NCBI GenBank assembly: GCA_039584755.1
Contig: JBDGXD010000002.1
Location: forward strand, 2,706-66,705
Length of the DNA stretch: 64,000 nucleotides
Reading direction: 5' to 3'
Origin: Gemmatimonadota bacterium
GTDB taxonomy: Bacteria > Gemmatimonadota > Gemmatimonadetes > Gemmatimonadales > GWC2-71-9
Below the pieces are notes generated by a model that did not search any database, was not told the origin of the DNA, and saw nothing but the letters and a program-made list of their open reading frames with translations. Within the stretch, counting starts at the first letter, position 1, and the number at the start of each line of letters is the position of its first letter. This document shows, piece by piece, positions 9,816 to 19,169 of this stretch. Both the position numbers and the translations under genes were made by a program.

Positions 9816-10379
9816 TCAGCCTGCTAAGTTTATGATTGGCCTTAGGATACGCTCCGTCATGCCCCACACGATGTGGGGCCCGACGACATATGACGGGACT
9901 TCCAGTTCCTCACCCCGCACCCGGATCAGCGACCGGGTGGACGACGCTCGCAGCTCATGTAGTGACACCCACACGTGTAGCGTCACCTCGTCGCTGATCG
10001 CCACCAGGGGACGCCGGCCCACACTGAAGACGAATGGTCGGACGATAATCGCTGGCAGCACTCGAGTCCTGGGGTGCAGGTCATCGAGTTCGCCCAAGAG
10101 CTGCTGCTCGGTCAGCGAGACCCCCGTCTCCTCCCGAGTCTCGCGGCGCGCGGTCCTCAACAGGTCTTGATCTTGGGGCTCGCGGCGTCCGCCCGGTAAC
10201 GCCATCTGACCGGACCAGGGATCGCCTTCCCGCTCGGACCGTTTGATCAGGAGGAGTTCGGGACTGGCCGAAGTCTCTGTGGCTAGCACGACAGCGACCG
10301 CCGCTTCAGTGACACCTTGCTCGGTGATCCGGCATGGTTGATGCCGAATCAGGAAATCGGTGATCGAACTGATCGACAT
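9816..10379 (-). CDS. NUDIX hydrolase (CoA pyrophosphatase-like)
   Basis: Nudix box GGRREPQDQDLLRTARRETREETGV. Confidence 0.8.
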   Translation of the reverse strand: MSISSITDFLIRHQPCRITEQGVTEAAVAVVLATETSASPELLLIKRSEREGDPWSGQMALPGGRREPQDQDLLRTARRETREETGVSLTEQQLLGELDDLHPRTRVLPAIIVRPFVFSVGRRPLVAISDEVTLHVWVSLHELRASSTRSLIRVRGEELEVPSYVVGPHIVWGMTERILRPIINLAG

Positions 10380-10503
10380 TCGGTCACGACCGGCAGTGAC
10401 TGATGATGGAACTCATAACACCGAGTCCGGTAGGCATAGGTGGAACAGTAACAGCATTGGGCACTTGCGCTTGTAACTATATTGTGACCGGGAAGCAGTG
10501 TTC

Positions 10504-10683
10504 ATGGGAGAACATCACTATCCCAAGGAGGTTCCTATCAGGAGCTTTGGTGTTGGACTTCTAGCATTAGCGACTGTAGCTGCCGCCGGGATTTTCTTGC
10601 GGCGCCGTAGACAGGCGCCGGCCAAAGTCGCTGGTGGTCGCACCCAAACACAAGTCGACCAACTTTACGCAGCTGGCATGTAA
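10504..10683 (+). CDS. Small single-pass membrane protein (about 60 aa), hypothetical
   Basis: One TM helix (FGVGLLALATVAAAGIFL) followed by RRRRQ. A strong intrinsic terminator follows immediately. The start is uncertain: GTG 10498, ATG 10504, or an internal AAGGAGG at 10525-10531. Confidence 0.4.
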   Translation: MGEHHYPKEVPIRSFGVGLLALATVAAAGIFLRRRRQAPAKVAGGRTQTQVDQLYAAGM

Positions 10684-10694
10684 CGCTTGAACTC

Positions 10695-10724
10695 GGGGGC
10701 TCTACAATGAGCCCCCGTTTCTTT
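10695..10724. terminator. Intrinsic terminator hairpin between convergent genes
   Basis: GGGGGCTC (10695-10702), loop tacaat, GAGCCCCC (10709-10716), then GTTTCTTT. It is a perfect 8-bp GC-rich stem. It lies 11 nt after the small ORF's stop and 9 nt after the minus-strand hydrolase's stop. Confidence 0.75.
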
Positions 10725-10732
10725 AAGCAGAT

Positions 10733-11581
10733 TCACGCGAGATGGCCTGCGAACCAACCCACCGTAGCCTCCGTCGCCTTTTCAAGCTCCGCAACATACC
10801 CTGCCCATGGATGCACCGCACCGAAGGTGTGAGTTCCACCTTCGATAATCTCGAGCTGGGTGGTATCAGGGTTAGCTGCATCACACAGCTCCTGCGCTTC
10901 GGTAACCGAGACGGACTCATCGTCGGCACCGTGTATGATCAGCCAATCGGCCCTTGCTCGAGTTGCCGCCTCTAGAATGTCGAGCGCGTCACGCCGGGCA
11001 GTGATATCATCAAGCATGTCGGTGGAGAGTGACAGAACTTCGCCCGTGCGAGCATTGACGACGTCCTGCTTCCCTGCTGCTCTCCACCGTTCCACGACTT
11101 CCTGATCCCAACGAAATACCCTCGCAATTGCTGCCCATGTGACCAAGGCGCTTACCACGCCGTTTCCAGCGGCGTGCAGGATTGCTGTTCCACCGCCGCG
11201 ACTGTGCCCAAACAGACCGTAGCTGGATAGCGCGGGGAGCTCCGCTATCAGATCACCCCGCAACAGCGCATCGGTGACCGTAGCCAGATCCTCCAGGTCG
11301 CCCGAGTATGTGCTGCGATTGAATCGTTCTCGCTCCGTGAAGTTCTCTCCGTCCGGTCCGACACCGCTACCGCTGAAGTTGAAGCTCACTGCGGTTATAC
11401 CAGCTCGCGCTAGCCGCTCCGCCAGCTTGGGGAAGAAACCCCAGTCCTTGAATCCCTTGAAGCCGTGACAGATCACCACAGCGGGCCGCCCTTCCCCACT
11501 TCCAGCGGTCCTCACCTCACCTCGCAGCGGCCCACCATCAGCGCCATCCAACTGGAATCGTGTCATCTTCATCGTTGACAT
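10733..11581 (-). CDS. Alpha/beta hydrolase
   Basis: Nucleophile elbow GHSRGG plus the HG oxyanion region (VVICHGFKGFKD). The start was moved from 11614 to ATG 11581, which has GAGGAGG 9 nt upstream. Confidence 0.8.
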   Translation of the reverse strand: MSTMKMTRFQLDGADGGPLRGEVRTAGSGEGRPAVVICHGFKGFKDWGFFPKLAERLARAGITAVSFNFSGSGVGPDGENFTERERFNRSTYSGDLEDLATVTDALLRGDLIAELPALSSYGLFGHSRGGGTAILHAAGNGVVSALVTWAAIARVFRWDQEVVERWRAAGKQDVVNARTGEVLSLSTDMLDDITARRDALDILEAATRARADWLIIHGADDESVSVTEAQELCDAANPDTTQLEIIEGGTHTFGAVHPWAGYVAELEKATEATVGWFAGHLA

Positions 11582-11647
11582 CAGTTTTGACCTCCTCAAG
11601 CCAGCTGGGTACATTGTTCTCCGAACTTACTACGGAGGGAACGCAAG

Positions 11648-12220
11648 ATGGGTCTCACAGCGCGTCCCTCCAGTCCAGCCCTCGCCGCCGTCGGTCGCTC
11701 CCTGTCATCCGGCCGTGATCGACTGATAGCCCTCTGGTCCGACTGGCTGATGGGCCGCATGAGTCAGGCTCCCCATCTCGACCGTCCCACGATCGAACGG
11801 CAACTCGCGCTACTGATCGACGTGATGATCGAAATGTCCGGACCATTGAGACGGCAGGGGACAGAACTTTGGTTCAACGCCTGCGACGCCTACGGCAGGA
11901 CTGCAGCCGCTCGTGGGTTGGCAGCGGGTGAGGTCGTTGAGGAGATCCAGCACCTTCGGGAACTCTTGATCCGTGACCTGTCGGAGGTAATCGCAGCGCT
12001 ACCGGCTCGTCAATCGCTAGCCACTGTGCTGCGGCTCAATCGATTCATCGACCGCGGCATTTCTCACGCTGTGGTCGGATACACCGACGTTCTAGTCGAG
12101 ACGCTGTTGAACAAGAGGGGTGTCACATTTGGCGTTTCTGAACTCGGCGAAGACGTAGTCAACAAACGTCTCGACCAACTCGAAGAGGAACTCGCCTCAC
12201 TCCGGAACCGGCGGTCCTAG
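11648..12220 (+). CDS. Hypothetical all-alpha protein (possibly RsbRD N-terminal-like)
   Basis: 190-aa ORF with coding-like composition. The family assignment is only a weak recollection. Confidence 0.5.
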   Translation: MGLTARPSSPALAAVGRSLSSGRDRLIALWSDWLMGRMSQAPHLDRPTIERQLALLIDVMIEMSGPLRRQGTELWFNACDAYGRTAAARGLAAGEVVEEIQHLRELLIRDLSEVIAALPARQSLATVLRLNRFIDRGISHAVVGYTDVLVETLLNKRGVTFGVSELGEDVVNKRLDQLEEELASLRNRRS

Positions 12221-12230
12221 CCGGTCAGCC

Positions 12231-13028
12231 TCAACCCATTATATCTTCGCCCCCATCTACATTGATGACGTTTCCGGTCATCCAATCCGTGCCAGGTTTC
12301 GACAGCGCGACTATTGCCTTCCCAATGTCATCTGGTGTCGTGAGCCGCTTGTGAGGGTTGCGTCTCACAGCTTCGACAAACAGCTGATCGCTCTCCGGAA
12401 TTCGCTCCGCTGCCGGTGTTCTCGTAACACCGCCTCTCAGCGCATTGACCGTAACATCATGCGGTGCTAGCTCGACAGCGAGCTGGCGGGTGTGCGATTC
12501 CAATGCAGACTTGGCCGCTGATACCGCGCCGTACGAGTGGATCACCCGATTCGATCCGGCCGATGTCATCGAGAAGACCCGGCCCCCCTTGCCCATCAAA
12601 CCACGTCTTATGAGATCTTGCGTCCAGTACACGAGCGAGTGAGCCATGACGTCGAGCGTCATGTCCATATTTCGCTTGGTGAGCCCATCGTCAGCGATGT
12701 ACGGTTTGAGGGTGCCAAACGCGAGGGAATGCATGAGCACTGCAACGGTGCCGCCGTTTTCGTCGATCTCAGCTTCGACCTCGTCCAATACCTCGGAGCG
12801 TTTGCCCTCGTGAGCCGCATTGACGTTGAAGTAGAGTGCGCTGTGGCCCGTCGACTCGATGTCAGTGATGACCTCGTCGACATGCGGCATCGTACTGCTA
12901 CGATCCAAGTGTACCCCAATGATGTTGTACCCAGCCCGGGCAAGGTGCTTAGCTGTAGCTTCTCCAAACCCGCTCGACGCTCCCAATATCAATGCCCAAC
13001 GTGGTGTGACGATTTGTGCATGTCTCAC
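12231..13028 (-). CDS. SDR-family oxidoreductase (enoyl-reductase-like)
   Basis: Nucleotide-binding motif LILGASSGFGEATA, a catalytic Y..K region (YGAVSAAKSAL), and the C-terminal TGNVINVDGG. A GTG at 13028 preceded by AGGAGA is preferred over the track start at 13094. Confidence 0.8.
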   Translation of the reverse strand: MRHAQIVTPRWALILGASSGFGEATAKHLARAGYNIIGVHLDRSSTMPHVDEVITDIESTGHSALYFNVNAAHEGKRSEVLDEVEAEIDENGGTVAVLMHSLAFGTLKPYIADDGLTKRNMDMTLDVMAHSLVYWTQDLIRRGLMGKGGRVFSMTSAGSNRVIHSYGAVSAAKSALESHTRQLAVELAPHDVTVNALRGGVTRTPAAERIPESDQLFVEAVRRNPHKRLTTPDDIGKAIVALSKPGTDWMTGNVINVDGGEDIMG

Positions 13029-13198
13029 GGCATTCTCCTTTTGCGAGCGAACGAAGATAGTCGGTCCCGGCGCGTTTCGCCACGGCGCCTTCATACGGCG
13101 GGTTGCGGCTCCCGCAGATAACTGTTTCTATCTGTGGGTCAAACAGCCGGACTCGTAACACCGGACCCTTCAACACATCGCCCGAGGACGTCCCGCCA

Positions 13199-14362
13199 AT
13201 GGACTATCAGCTGACAGAAGAGCAACAGCTAATCAGAGATCTGTGTCATCAGATCGCAGAAGAGAAGATCAAGCCGATCGCCCAGCAGTTTGATGAATCG
13301 GCCGACTTCGCCTGGGACATCGTAAAGCTGCTGGCCGACTCCGACATATTCGGCGTGTCGATCCCGGAGCAATATGGTGGCATGGGTGGCGGCGTCATGG
13401 AGATGGCACTCGTGACAGAGGAGCTGTCCTGGGGATGTGGGGGAATCGCACTTGCATTCGGGGCAACAGGCCTGGGAGCGTTTCCCATTCTGCTGTTCGG
13501 CAACGAAGAACAAAAGCAGAGAACCTTACCCGACATAGCTGCGGGTAGGAGGCTCGCCGCGTTCTGCATCACCGAGGCCGATGCAGGGTCCGACGCTGGA
13601 GGTATCAAGACCACCGCAGCGAAAGACGGCAACTACTACGTGCTGAACGGTACGAAGCAATGGATCACCAACGGTGGCGAAGCCGAAGTGTATACAGTGG
13701 TGGCAGCGACCGATAAATCCAAGGGAGCTCGGGGAGCGAGTGCATTCATCGTTGAAAAGGGTACACCGGGCCTTTCTTTCGGCAAGAAAGAAAACAAGAT
13801 GGGGATCCGAAGCTCGGCGACCAGAGAGGTGATCTTCGAGGACGTGCGCGTCCATAAGGACAACCTGCTCGCCGCAGAGGGAAAGGGGTTTGTGATCGCT
13901 CTGAAGACGTTCGATCAGGCTCGCCCCGGCGTGGCTGCCCAAGCAGTGGGCATAGCTCAACGTGCCTTGGACGAAGCGGTGCACTACGCGCGGGTCCGAA
14001 AACAGTTCGGTCACCCGATCTCGTCCTTCCAGGGCCTGCAGTTCATGCTAGCCGACATGGCGATCCAGGTCGAAGCTGCCCGAGCCCTCATCTACGCCGC
14101 GGCCCGTTCCATTGACGCTGGGACAAAGAACATCGCAAAAGATTCGGCTATCTGTAAGACCTTTGCCTCGGATGCCGCGATGAAGGTGACCACAGATGCT
14201 GTACAGGTGTTCGGTGGGTACGGCTATATGAAGGAGTATCCAGTCGAAAAACTCATGAGAGACGCGAAGATCACCCAGATATATGAAGGCTCAAACGAGA
14301 TCCAGCGAAACGTGATCGCGGCGGCACTGATCAAAGAGAGTATCGCCAAGTACGGAGATTGA
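13199..14362 (+). CDS. Acyl-CoA dehydrogenase
   Basis: Classic ACAD sequence (MDYQLTEEQQLIRD ..., CITEADAGSDAGG, QVFGGYGYMKEYPVEKLMRDAKITQIYEGSNEIQ). The start was moved from 13103 to ATG 13199. Confidence 0.9.
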   Translation: MDYQLTEEQQLIRDLCHQIAEEKIKPIAQQFDESADFAWDIVKLLADSDIFGVSIPEQYGGMGGGVMEMALVTEELSWGCGGIALAFGATGLGAFPILLFGNEEQKQRTLPDIAAGRRLAAFCITEADAGSDAGGIKTTAAKDGNYYVLNGTKQWITNGGEAEVYTVVAATDKSKGARGASAFIVEKGTPGLSFGKKENKMGIRSSATREVIFEDVRVHKDNLLAAEGKGFVIALKTFDQARPGVAAQAVGIAQRALDEAVHYARVRKQFGHPISSFQGLQFMLADMAIQVEAARALIYAAARSIDAGTKNIAKDSAICKTFASDAAMKVTTDAVQVFGGYGYMKEYPVEKLMRDAKITQIYEGSNEIQRNVIAAALIKESIAKYGD

Positions 14363-14421
14363 TCCAGTGAGACAGCTCGGCTGCGTTTCCGCCGAATGCC
14401 GCCAGTGGTGAGGAGGTACCT

Positions 14422-15672
14422 TTGCCGCTGAAGCTCCACATTGCGATAGCACTCGGCTTGGCCGCGGGTCTCGCCCTAGGACTAGCTGCCTCAATAACCG
14501 GCTCACCGATACTCATCGGTATAGCGCAGAGCTTTGAGCCGTTGGGTGACGCGTTCGTCAATCTGCTCAAGATGGTGGTTCTGCCACTCATCGCGTCGGT
14601 GATATTCGTAGGGGTATCCTCGTTGGGTGACTTGAGGCGCCTCGGTCGGATGGGAGTCATCACCATGGTTTTTCTCGCGATTGCGGCCATCCTCGGTGTC
14701 TTGACTGGCATGGGGGTCATGAAGCTATTGCTACCATGGGCCAGCGAAGCCGCCATTCAAACGATCTCACCCGCTGCATTGGAAGCATCGACTTCGTTGC
14801 GGCCGATAGACTTCCTGCTCGACCTGATCCCCAGCAATCCGTTTGAGGCTGCCGCGCAAGGCGCGTTGCTACCATTGATCGTGTTCACCGTCTTGGTGGC
14901 GGCTGCGGCTGGCGCCCTGCCTAGACACGAACGCGACCTGCTTTACAACCTGGCCCAGGCAGTGGCCGCGGCACTCATCAAGCTTGTCCATTGGATCCTG
15001 TGGCTGGCTCCCATCGGTGTATTCGCTCTTGCCGCACCGGTTACTGCCCAGGCAGGATGGGCGGTGCTGCAAAGCCTGATCATGTTCGTGTTGGCAGTCC
15101 TTCTGGGCCTCGCCATGTACATCGGACTGGTCTACCTGACTACCGTGAGATTCTTGGCGAAGCGGCCGGTGGGATCGTTCTTGCGGGCCTGTCTGACTCC
15201 ACAGGCCATAGCAGCAGCAGCCACCTCGTCACCGGCCACAGTTCCCGCAATGCTCGAGGCGGCAGGTGAACTGCAGGTGTCACCACCAGTGGCGGGATTC
15301 GTGATCCCTCTCGGAGCCGGGATCGCACGTGGTGGAAGCGCCGTGTTCCAAGGAGCAGGCATCGTATTCCTGGCATGGCTCTACGGAGTTCCCTTGGCTG
15401 CAGCGGGAATCGGGGGAGCAGTACTTGCAACTTTCATCGTGTCGTTCGCAGTTGCGAGCGTCCCCGGCGGCAGTGTGCTGAGCATGGCTCCGGCGATAGA
15501 CACAGTTGGCATTCCACTCGATGGACTGGCTGTTCTACTGAGCGTTGATCATATTCCCGATATGGCCCGCACGGCGACCAACGTTACGGGTACAATGACA
15601 GCCACCGTGCTCATTGACAGATTCGAGGGGGTCACAGCCGATGAGAGCAATGGAGGAGCTAGTGAGTCATGA
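14422..15672 (+). CDS. Dicarboxylate/amino acid:cation symporter family (DAACS/SLC1) transporter, divergent paralog 1
   Basis: 416-aa polytopic protein with HP1-like ATSSPATVPA and TM8 DMARTATNV. The TTG start is preceded by AGGAGG (14411-14416). Confidence 0.85.
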   Translation: MPLKLHIAIALGLAAGLALGLAASITGSPILIGIAQSFEPLGDAFVNLLKMVVLPLIASVIFVGVSSLGDLRRLGRMGVITMVFLAIAAILGVLTGMGVMKLLLPWASEAAIQTISPAALEASTSLRPIDFLLDLIPSNPFEAAAQGALLPLIVFTVLVAAAAGALPRHERDLLYNLAQAVAAALIKLVHWILWLAPIGVFALAAPVTAQAGWAVLQSLIMFVLAVLLGLAMYIGLVYLTTVRFLAKRPVGSFLRACLTPQAIAAAATSSPATVPAMLEAAGELQVSPPVAGFVIPLGAGIARGGSAVFQGAGIVFLAWLYGVPLAAAGIGGAVLATFIVSFAVASVPGGSVLSMAPAIDTVGIPLDGLAVLLSVDHIPDMARTATNVTGTMTATVLIDRFEGVTADESNGGASES

Positions 15673-16904
15673 AGCTCTACGCAGCGGTGGCTCTCGGTTT
15701 GGCTGGCGGTCTGTCGCTGGGCCTCATCGCCGCCCTCACAGACTCTCCCCTGTTGATCGGCATCTCCGAGGGAGTCGAGCCTATTGGCACCGCATTCGTG
15801 GATCTCCTCAAGATGGTCGTGATACCACTCGTAGCCGCGGTGATATTCGTAGGGGTCAGCGCCCTGGGAGATCTCAGACGTTTGGGGCAAATAGGGATAC
15901 TCACACTCCTATTCTTTGCAGTGACTAGCGCAAGCGGTGTGCTCATGGGCATGGGGACCATGCGGCTCATGCTACCGCTAGCCAGCGAGGCAGCGGCGCA
16001 AGCGGTCACCAGCGCGACGCCAGAGCCAACCGCAATTCCAGGACCGATCGAGTTCCTCGTCTCGCTCATTCCCAGTAACCCGTTCCAGGTGGCCGCTGAA
16101 GGAAAGCTGCTTCCGCTCATCGTGTTCACCGTCCTGTTTGCAGCGGCCGCCGGAGCACTGCCCACCGAGCAACGCGATCTGCTGTTGTCGCTGGGGAATG
16201 CCGTCACGGCGGCGCTGATCAGGCTAGTCCATTGGATCCTCTGGCTGGCACCCATTGGTGTTTTCGCTCTGGCAGCACCTGTGACAGCCCGCGCGGGGTG
16301 GGCCGTGCTGCTGAGCCTCGGTGCGTTCATACTGGCGGTGTTCATAGGACTCGTTGCGCTCGTGGGAGTGATCTTCCTTCCGGCCGTCCGATGGCTGGGC
16401 GGCATGCCAGCGCCGGTATTCCTCCGAGCCGTAGCCAATCCACTCGTCATTGCTGCCAGCACCTCCAGCACGGCGGCGACGGTACCGGCCATGCTCGAAG
16501 CAGCGCACGAAAATCTCCAGCTGTCGCGTTCGATCTCCAGTTTCGTAATTCCGTTGGGAGCGGGCATTGGGCGAATGGGAACCGCTCTGTTTCAGGGAGC
16601 CGGGGTCGTCTTTCTGGCATGGTTGTTCGGAGTGTCGCTTCCAGCAACAAGCATAGGTGGCGCCGTGATGGCCACTTTCATGGTGTCTTTCACCGTGGCT
16701 GGCATACCGGCTGGCGGCGTCGTAAGTCTTGCGCCGGCCCTGGATTCGGTGAGCGTGCCGCTTGACGGGCTCGGTGTCCTGCTGGGCGTTGACCGCATCC
16801 CCGACATGGCCCGAACCGCCACCAACGTGGCTGGCATCCTCGCTGCGGCCGTTGTGATGGACAGGTTGTTGGGTGGTTCACATGCCATACCGTCTGGCAG
16901 CTGA
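15669..16904 (+). CDS. DAACS/SLC1 family transporter, divergent paralog 2 (tandem duplicate)
   Basis: 411 aa, collinear with and highly similar to the upstream gene (for example the identical LVHWILWLAPIGVFALAAPVTA). Its ATG overlaps the upstream stop (ATGA). Confidence 0.85.
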   Translation: MKLYAAVALGLAGGLSLGLIAALTDSPLLIGISEGVEPIGTAFVDLLKMVVIPLVAAVIFVGVSALGDLRRLGQIGILTLLFFAVTSASGVLMGMGTMRLMLPLASEAAAQAVTSATPEPTAIPGPIEFLVSLIPSNPFQVAAEGKLLPLIVFTVLFAAAAGALPTEQRDLLLSLGNAVTAALIRLVHWILWLAPIGVFALAAPVTARAGWAVLLSLGAFILAVFIGLVALVGVIFLPAVRWLGGMPAPVFLRAVANPLVIAASTSSTAATVPAMLEAAHENLQLSRSISSFVIPLGAGIGRMGTALFQGAGVVFLAWLFGVSLPATSIGGAVMATFMVSFTVAGIPAGGVVSLAPALDSVSVPLDGLGVLLGVDRIPDMARTATNVAGILAAAVVMDRLLGGSHAIPSGS

Positions 16905-17253
16905 CGCACTCGTCGCGCTTCATTTCGGGTTCATCGTGTTCGTCGTGGTGGGCGGCTTCTTGCTGTTGCGGTGGCCTCGCCTTGTATGGGTTCATCCAGC
17001 TGTAGCCCTCTGGGGCGCCTTGATTGAGTTCTTCCACTGGACATGTCCACTCACACCGCTAGAGAATCACTTGCGAGCCCTTGCTGGTGATGCGGGTTAC
17101 CGGGGAGGATTCATCGAACACTATGTGATCCCGATAGTGTATCCAGCTGGCCTGGGACGTGAATTACAGGTTGCATTGGGCATCGCGGTAGTTCTCGTCA
17201 ACATATTGGCCTACACCATATACTTCAGGAGCAAACGATCAACAGACCATTGA
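16873..17253 (+). CDS. DUF2784-family membrane protein
   Basis: 126 aa. ALHFGFIVFVVVGGFLLLRWPRLVWVHPAVALWGALIEFFHWTCPLTPLEN matches my recollection of DUF2784. Confidence 0.65.
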   Translation: MVHMPYRLAADALVALHFGFIVFVVVGGFLLLRWPRLVWVHPAVALWGALIEFFHWTCPLTPLENHLRALAGDAGYRGGFIEHYVIPIVYPAGLGRELQVALGIAVVLVNILAYTIYFRSKRSTDH

Positions 17254-17306
17254 CCCAAATACGCTGTTGACCTGAAGCTAAGCGAACGCGTTACCTAGCG
17301 AGAGAG

Positions 17307-19169
17307 ATGCCGGCGAACAACAGATCACAAGACGTACCACTAATCCCGCGAGAAGTCCTGTTCGGTAACCCCGAAAAGGCTGCGCCCCAAATCTCCCCCG
17401 ACGGAACCCGGATGGCGTACCTCGCTCCGGTAGACGGGGTGCTGAACGTGTGGGTCGGACAGCTTGAACAAGCGGGCTATCGCCCGGTCACACACGATAC
17501 CGACCGTGGAATCCGGGTCTATTTCTGGGCTCACGACAGTCAACATATCATGTATTTGCAGGACGTGGGCGGTGACGAGAATTGGCGGTTGTTCAGTGTT
17601 CAGCTGGACAGCGGGGTTGAGTCGGACTTGACTCCATTCGACAATGTACAGGTTCAGATCCTGCACCACGATAAGCATCACCCGCACGAGCTGATCATAG
17701 CAATCAATAGGGACGATGTGCAGGTACACGATGTGTATCATCTGGATCTGACGTGCAATGCTTTGAAATTGGCTGCGAAGAATCCGGGAAACGTGGCGAG
17801 TTGGTTGGTTGACGCCGACATGACGGTACGCGCCGCAGTGGCTTCGACCGAAGATGGCGGCTTCGACCTGCTGTTACGTGACTCGGAAGATGCTGACTGG
17901 TACACCCTGGTGTCGTGGCAGCCGGAGGATGCACTGACGAGTGCCCCCGTCGGGTTCACGCGAGATGGCCAGTCGCTGTATCTGCTTGACTCCCGCAACG
18001 TCAATACGGCGCCGCTCGTGAAAATGGAAATCGCATCCGGTGATGTAGAGGTGCTCGCACATGACGAACAATTCGACGTAGGTGACATCACGATCCATCC
18101 TGATACCTACGAAATCCAGATAGTGTCCTTTGTCAGGGAGCGAACCGAGCACCAGGTACTCGACCCTTCGATCGAAGAGGATCTCAGAGTGATCGAGCAG
18201 CTCAGTCCTGGAGACTTCGGCATCTACAGTAGAACGCACGACGATCGATTCTGGCTGGTTGGGTTCACTGCAGACAGCGAGCCGTTCTCCTACTACGCCT
18301 ACGATCGCGATACCAGAACCGGCACCTTCCTGTTCTACGCGCGACCAGATCTCGCTGAATACACGCTCACCAGAATGGATCCGATTTCGTTTGAATCACG
18401 TGACGGCTACACAATCCACGGCTACCTGCACCTGCCTTCTGAAGTGACAGACCGGAAGCTACCTACCGTTCTCCTCGTTCACGGCGGCCCCTGGCATCGA
18501 GACACCTGGGGGTATGACCCTGAAGGTCAGTGGTTGGCCAATCGCGGTTACGCGGTTCTGCAAATCAACTTCCGGGGCTCAACCGGTTTCGGTAAGGAAT
18601 TCTTGAACGCCGGGGACCGGGAATGGGGCGGAAAGATGCACAACGATCTAGTGGATGCCGTCAGCTGGATTGTTGACCGCGGGGTGGCCGATCCAGCGCG
18701 GGTAGCTGTCTACGGCGGCTCGTATGGAGGGTACGCTGCTTTGGTGGGCGCAACCTTCACTCCCGATCTCTTTGCGTGCGCTGTCGACATAGTTGGCCCC
18801 AGCAATCTCATCACCTTTATCGAGACCATCCCTCCATATTGGTCGACCTACCGCGCCATGTTGCACAAGCGCGTGGGGAATCCGGAAACCGAAGCCGACT
18901 TCCTCAAGTCACGATCTCCCCTGTTCCATGTCGCCGAGATCAGGATCCCGATGCTCATCGCCCAGGGGGCCAACGACCCCCGAGTGAAGCAATCTGAGTC
19001 GGAACAAGTAGTCGCGGAGATGGAGAAGAAGGGCATCGACTGCGAGTACATGCTCTTCCCAGATGAGGGACATGGATTCGCCAAGCCTGAGAACCGCATC
19101 AAGTTCTATGTTGCTGCAGAGCAGTTTCTCGCCAGCCATCTGGGCGGCAGATTGGAAGAACCTGGCTAG
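17307..19169 (+). CDS. S9-family serine peptidase (prolyl oligopeptidase / dipeptidyl aminopeptidase-like)
   Basis: 620 aa with an N-terminal beta-propeller-like region and a C-terminal alpha/beta hydrolase domain. Nucleophile motif GGSYGGY, later D and H (DEGHGF). Confidence 0.9.
   Translation: MPANNRSQDVPLIPREVLFGNPEKAAPQISPDGTRMAYLAPVDGVLNVWVGQLEQAGYRPVTHDTDRGIRVYFWAHDSQHIMYLQDVGGDENWRLFSVQLDSGVESDLTPFDNVQVQILHHDKHHPHELIIAINRDDVQVHDVYHLDLTCNALKLAAKNPGNVASWLVDADMTVRAAVASTEDGGFDLLLRDSEDADWYTLVSWQPEDALTSAPVGFTRDGQSLYLLDSRNVNTAPLVKMEIASGDVEVLAHDEQFDVGDITIHPDTYEIQIVSFVRERTEHQVLDPSIEEDLRVIEQLSPGDFGIYSRTHDDRFWLVGFTADSEPFSYYAYDRDTRTGTFLFYARPDLAEYTLTRMDPISFESRDGYTIHGYLHLPSEVTDRKLPTVLLVHGGPWHRDTWGYDPEGQWLANRGYAVLQINFRGSTGFGKEFLNAGDREWGGKMHNDLVDAVSWIVDRGVADPARVAVYGGSYGGYAALVGATFTPDLFACAVDIVGPSNLITFIETIPPYWSTYRAMLHKRVGNPETEADFLKSRSPLFHVAEIRIPMLIAQGANDPRVKQSESEQVVAEMEKKGIDCEYMLFPDEGHGFAKPENRIKFYVAAEQFLASHLGGRLEEPG

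Noticed and set aside
15677-16567. 296-aa minus-strand ORF inside the second DAACS transporter gene, plus similar antisense ORFs at 14331-14756 and 16592-16909.
   Set aside because: Ala/Ser/Arg/Pro-rich, low-complexity translation typical of the antisense frame of GC-rich genes. The plus-strand frame has clear transporter motifs.
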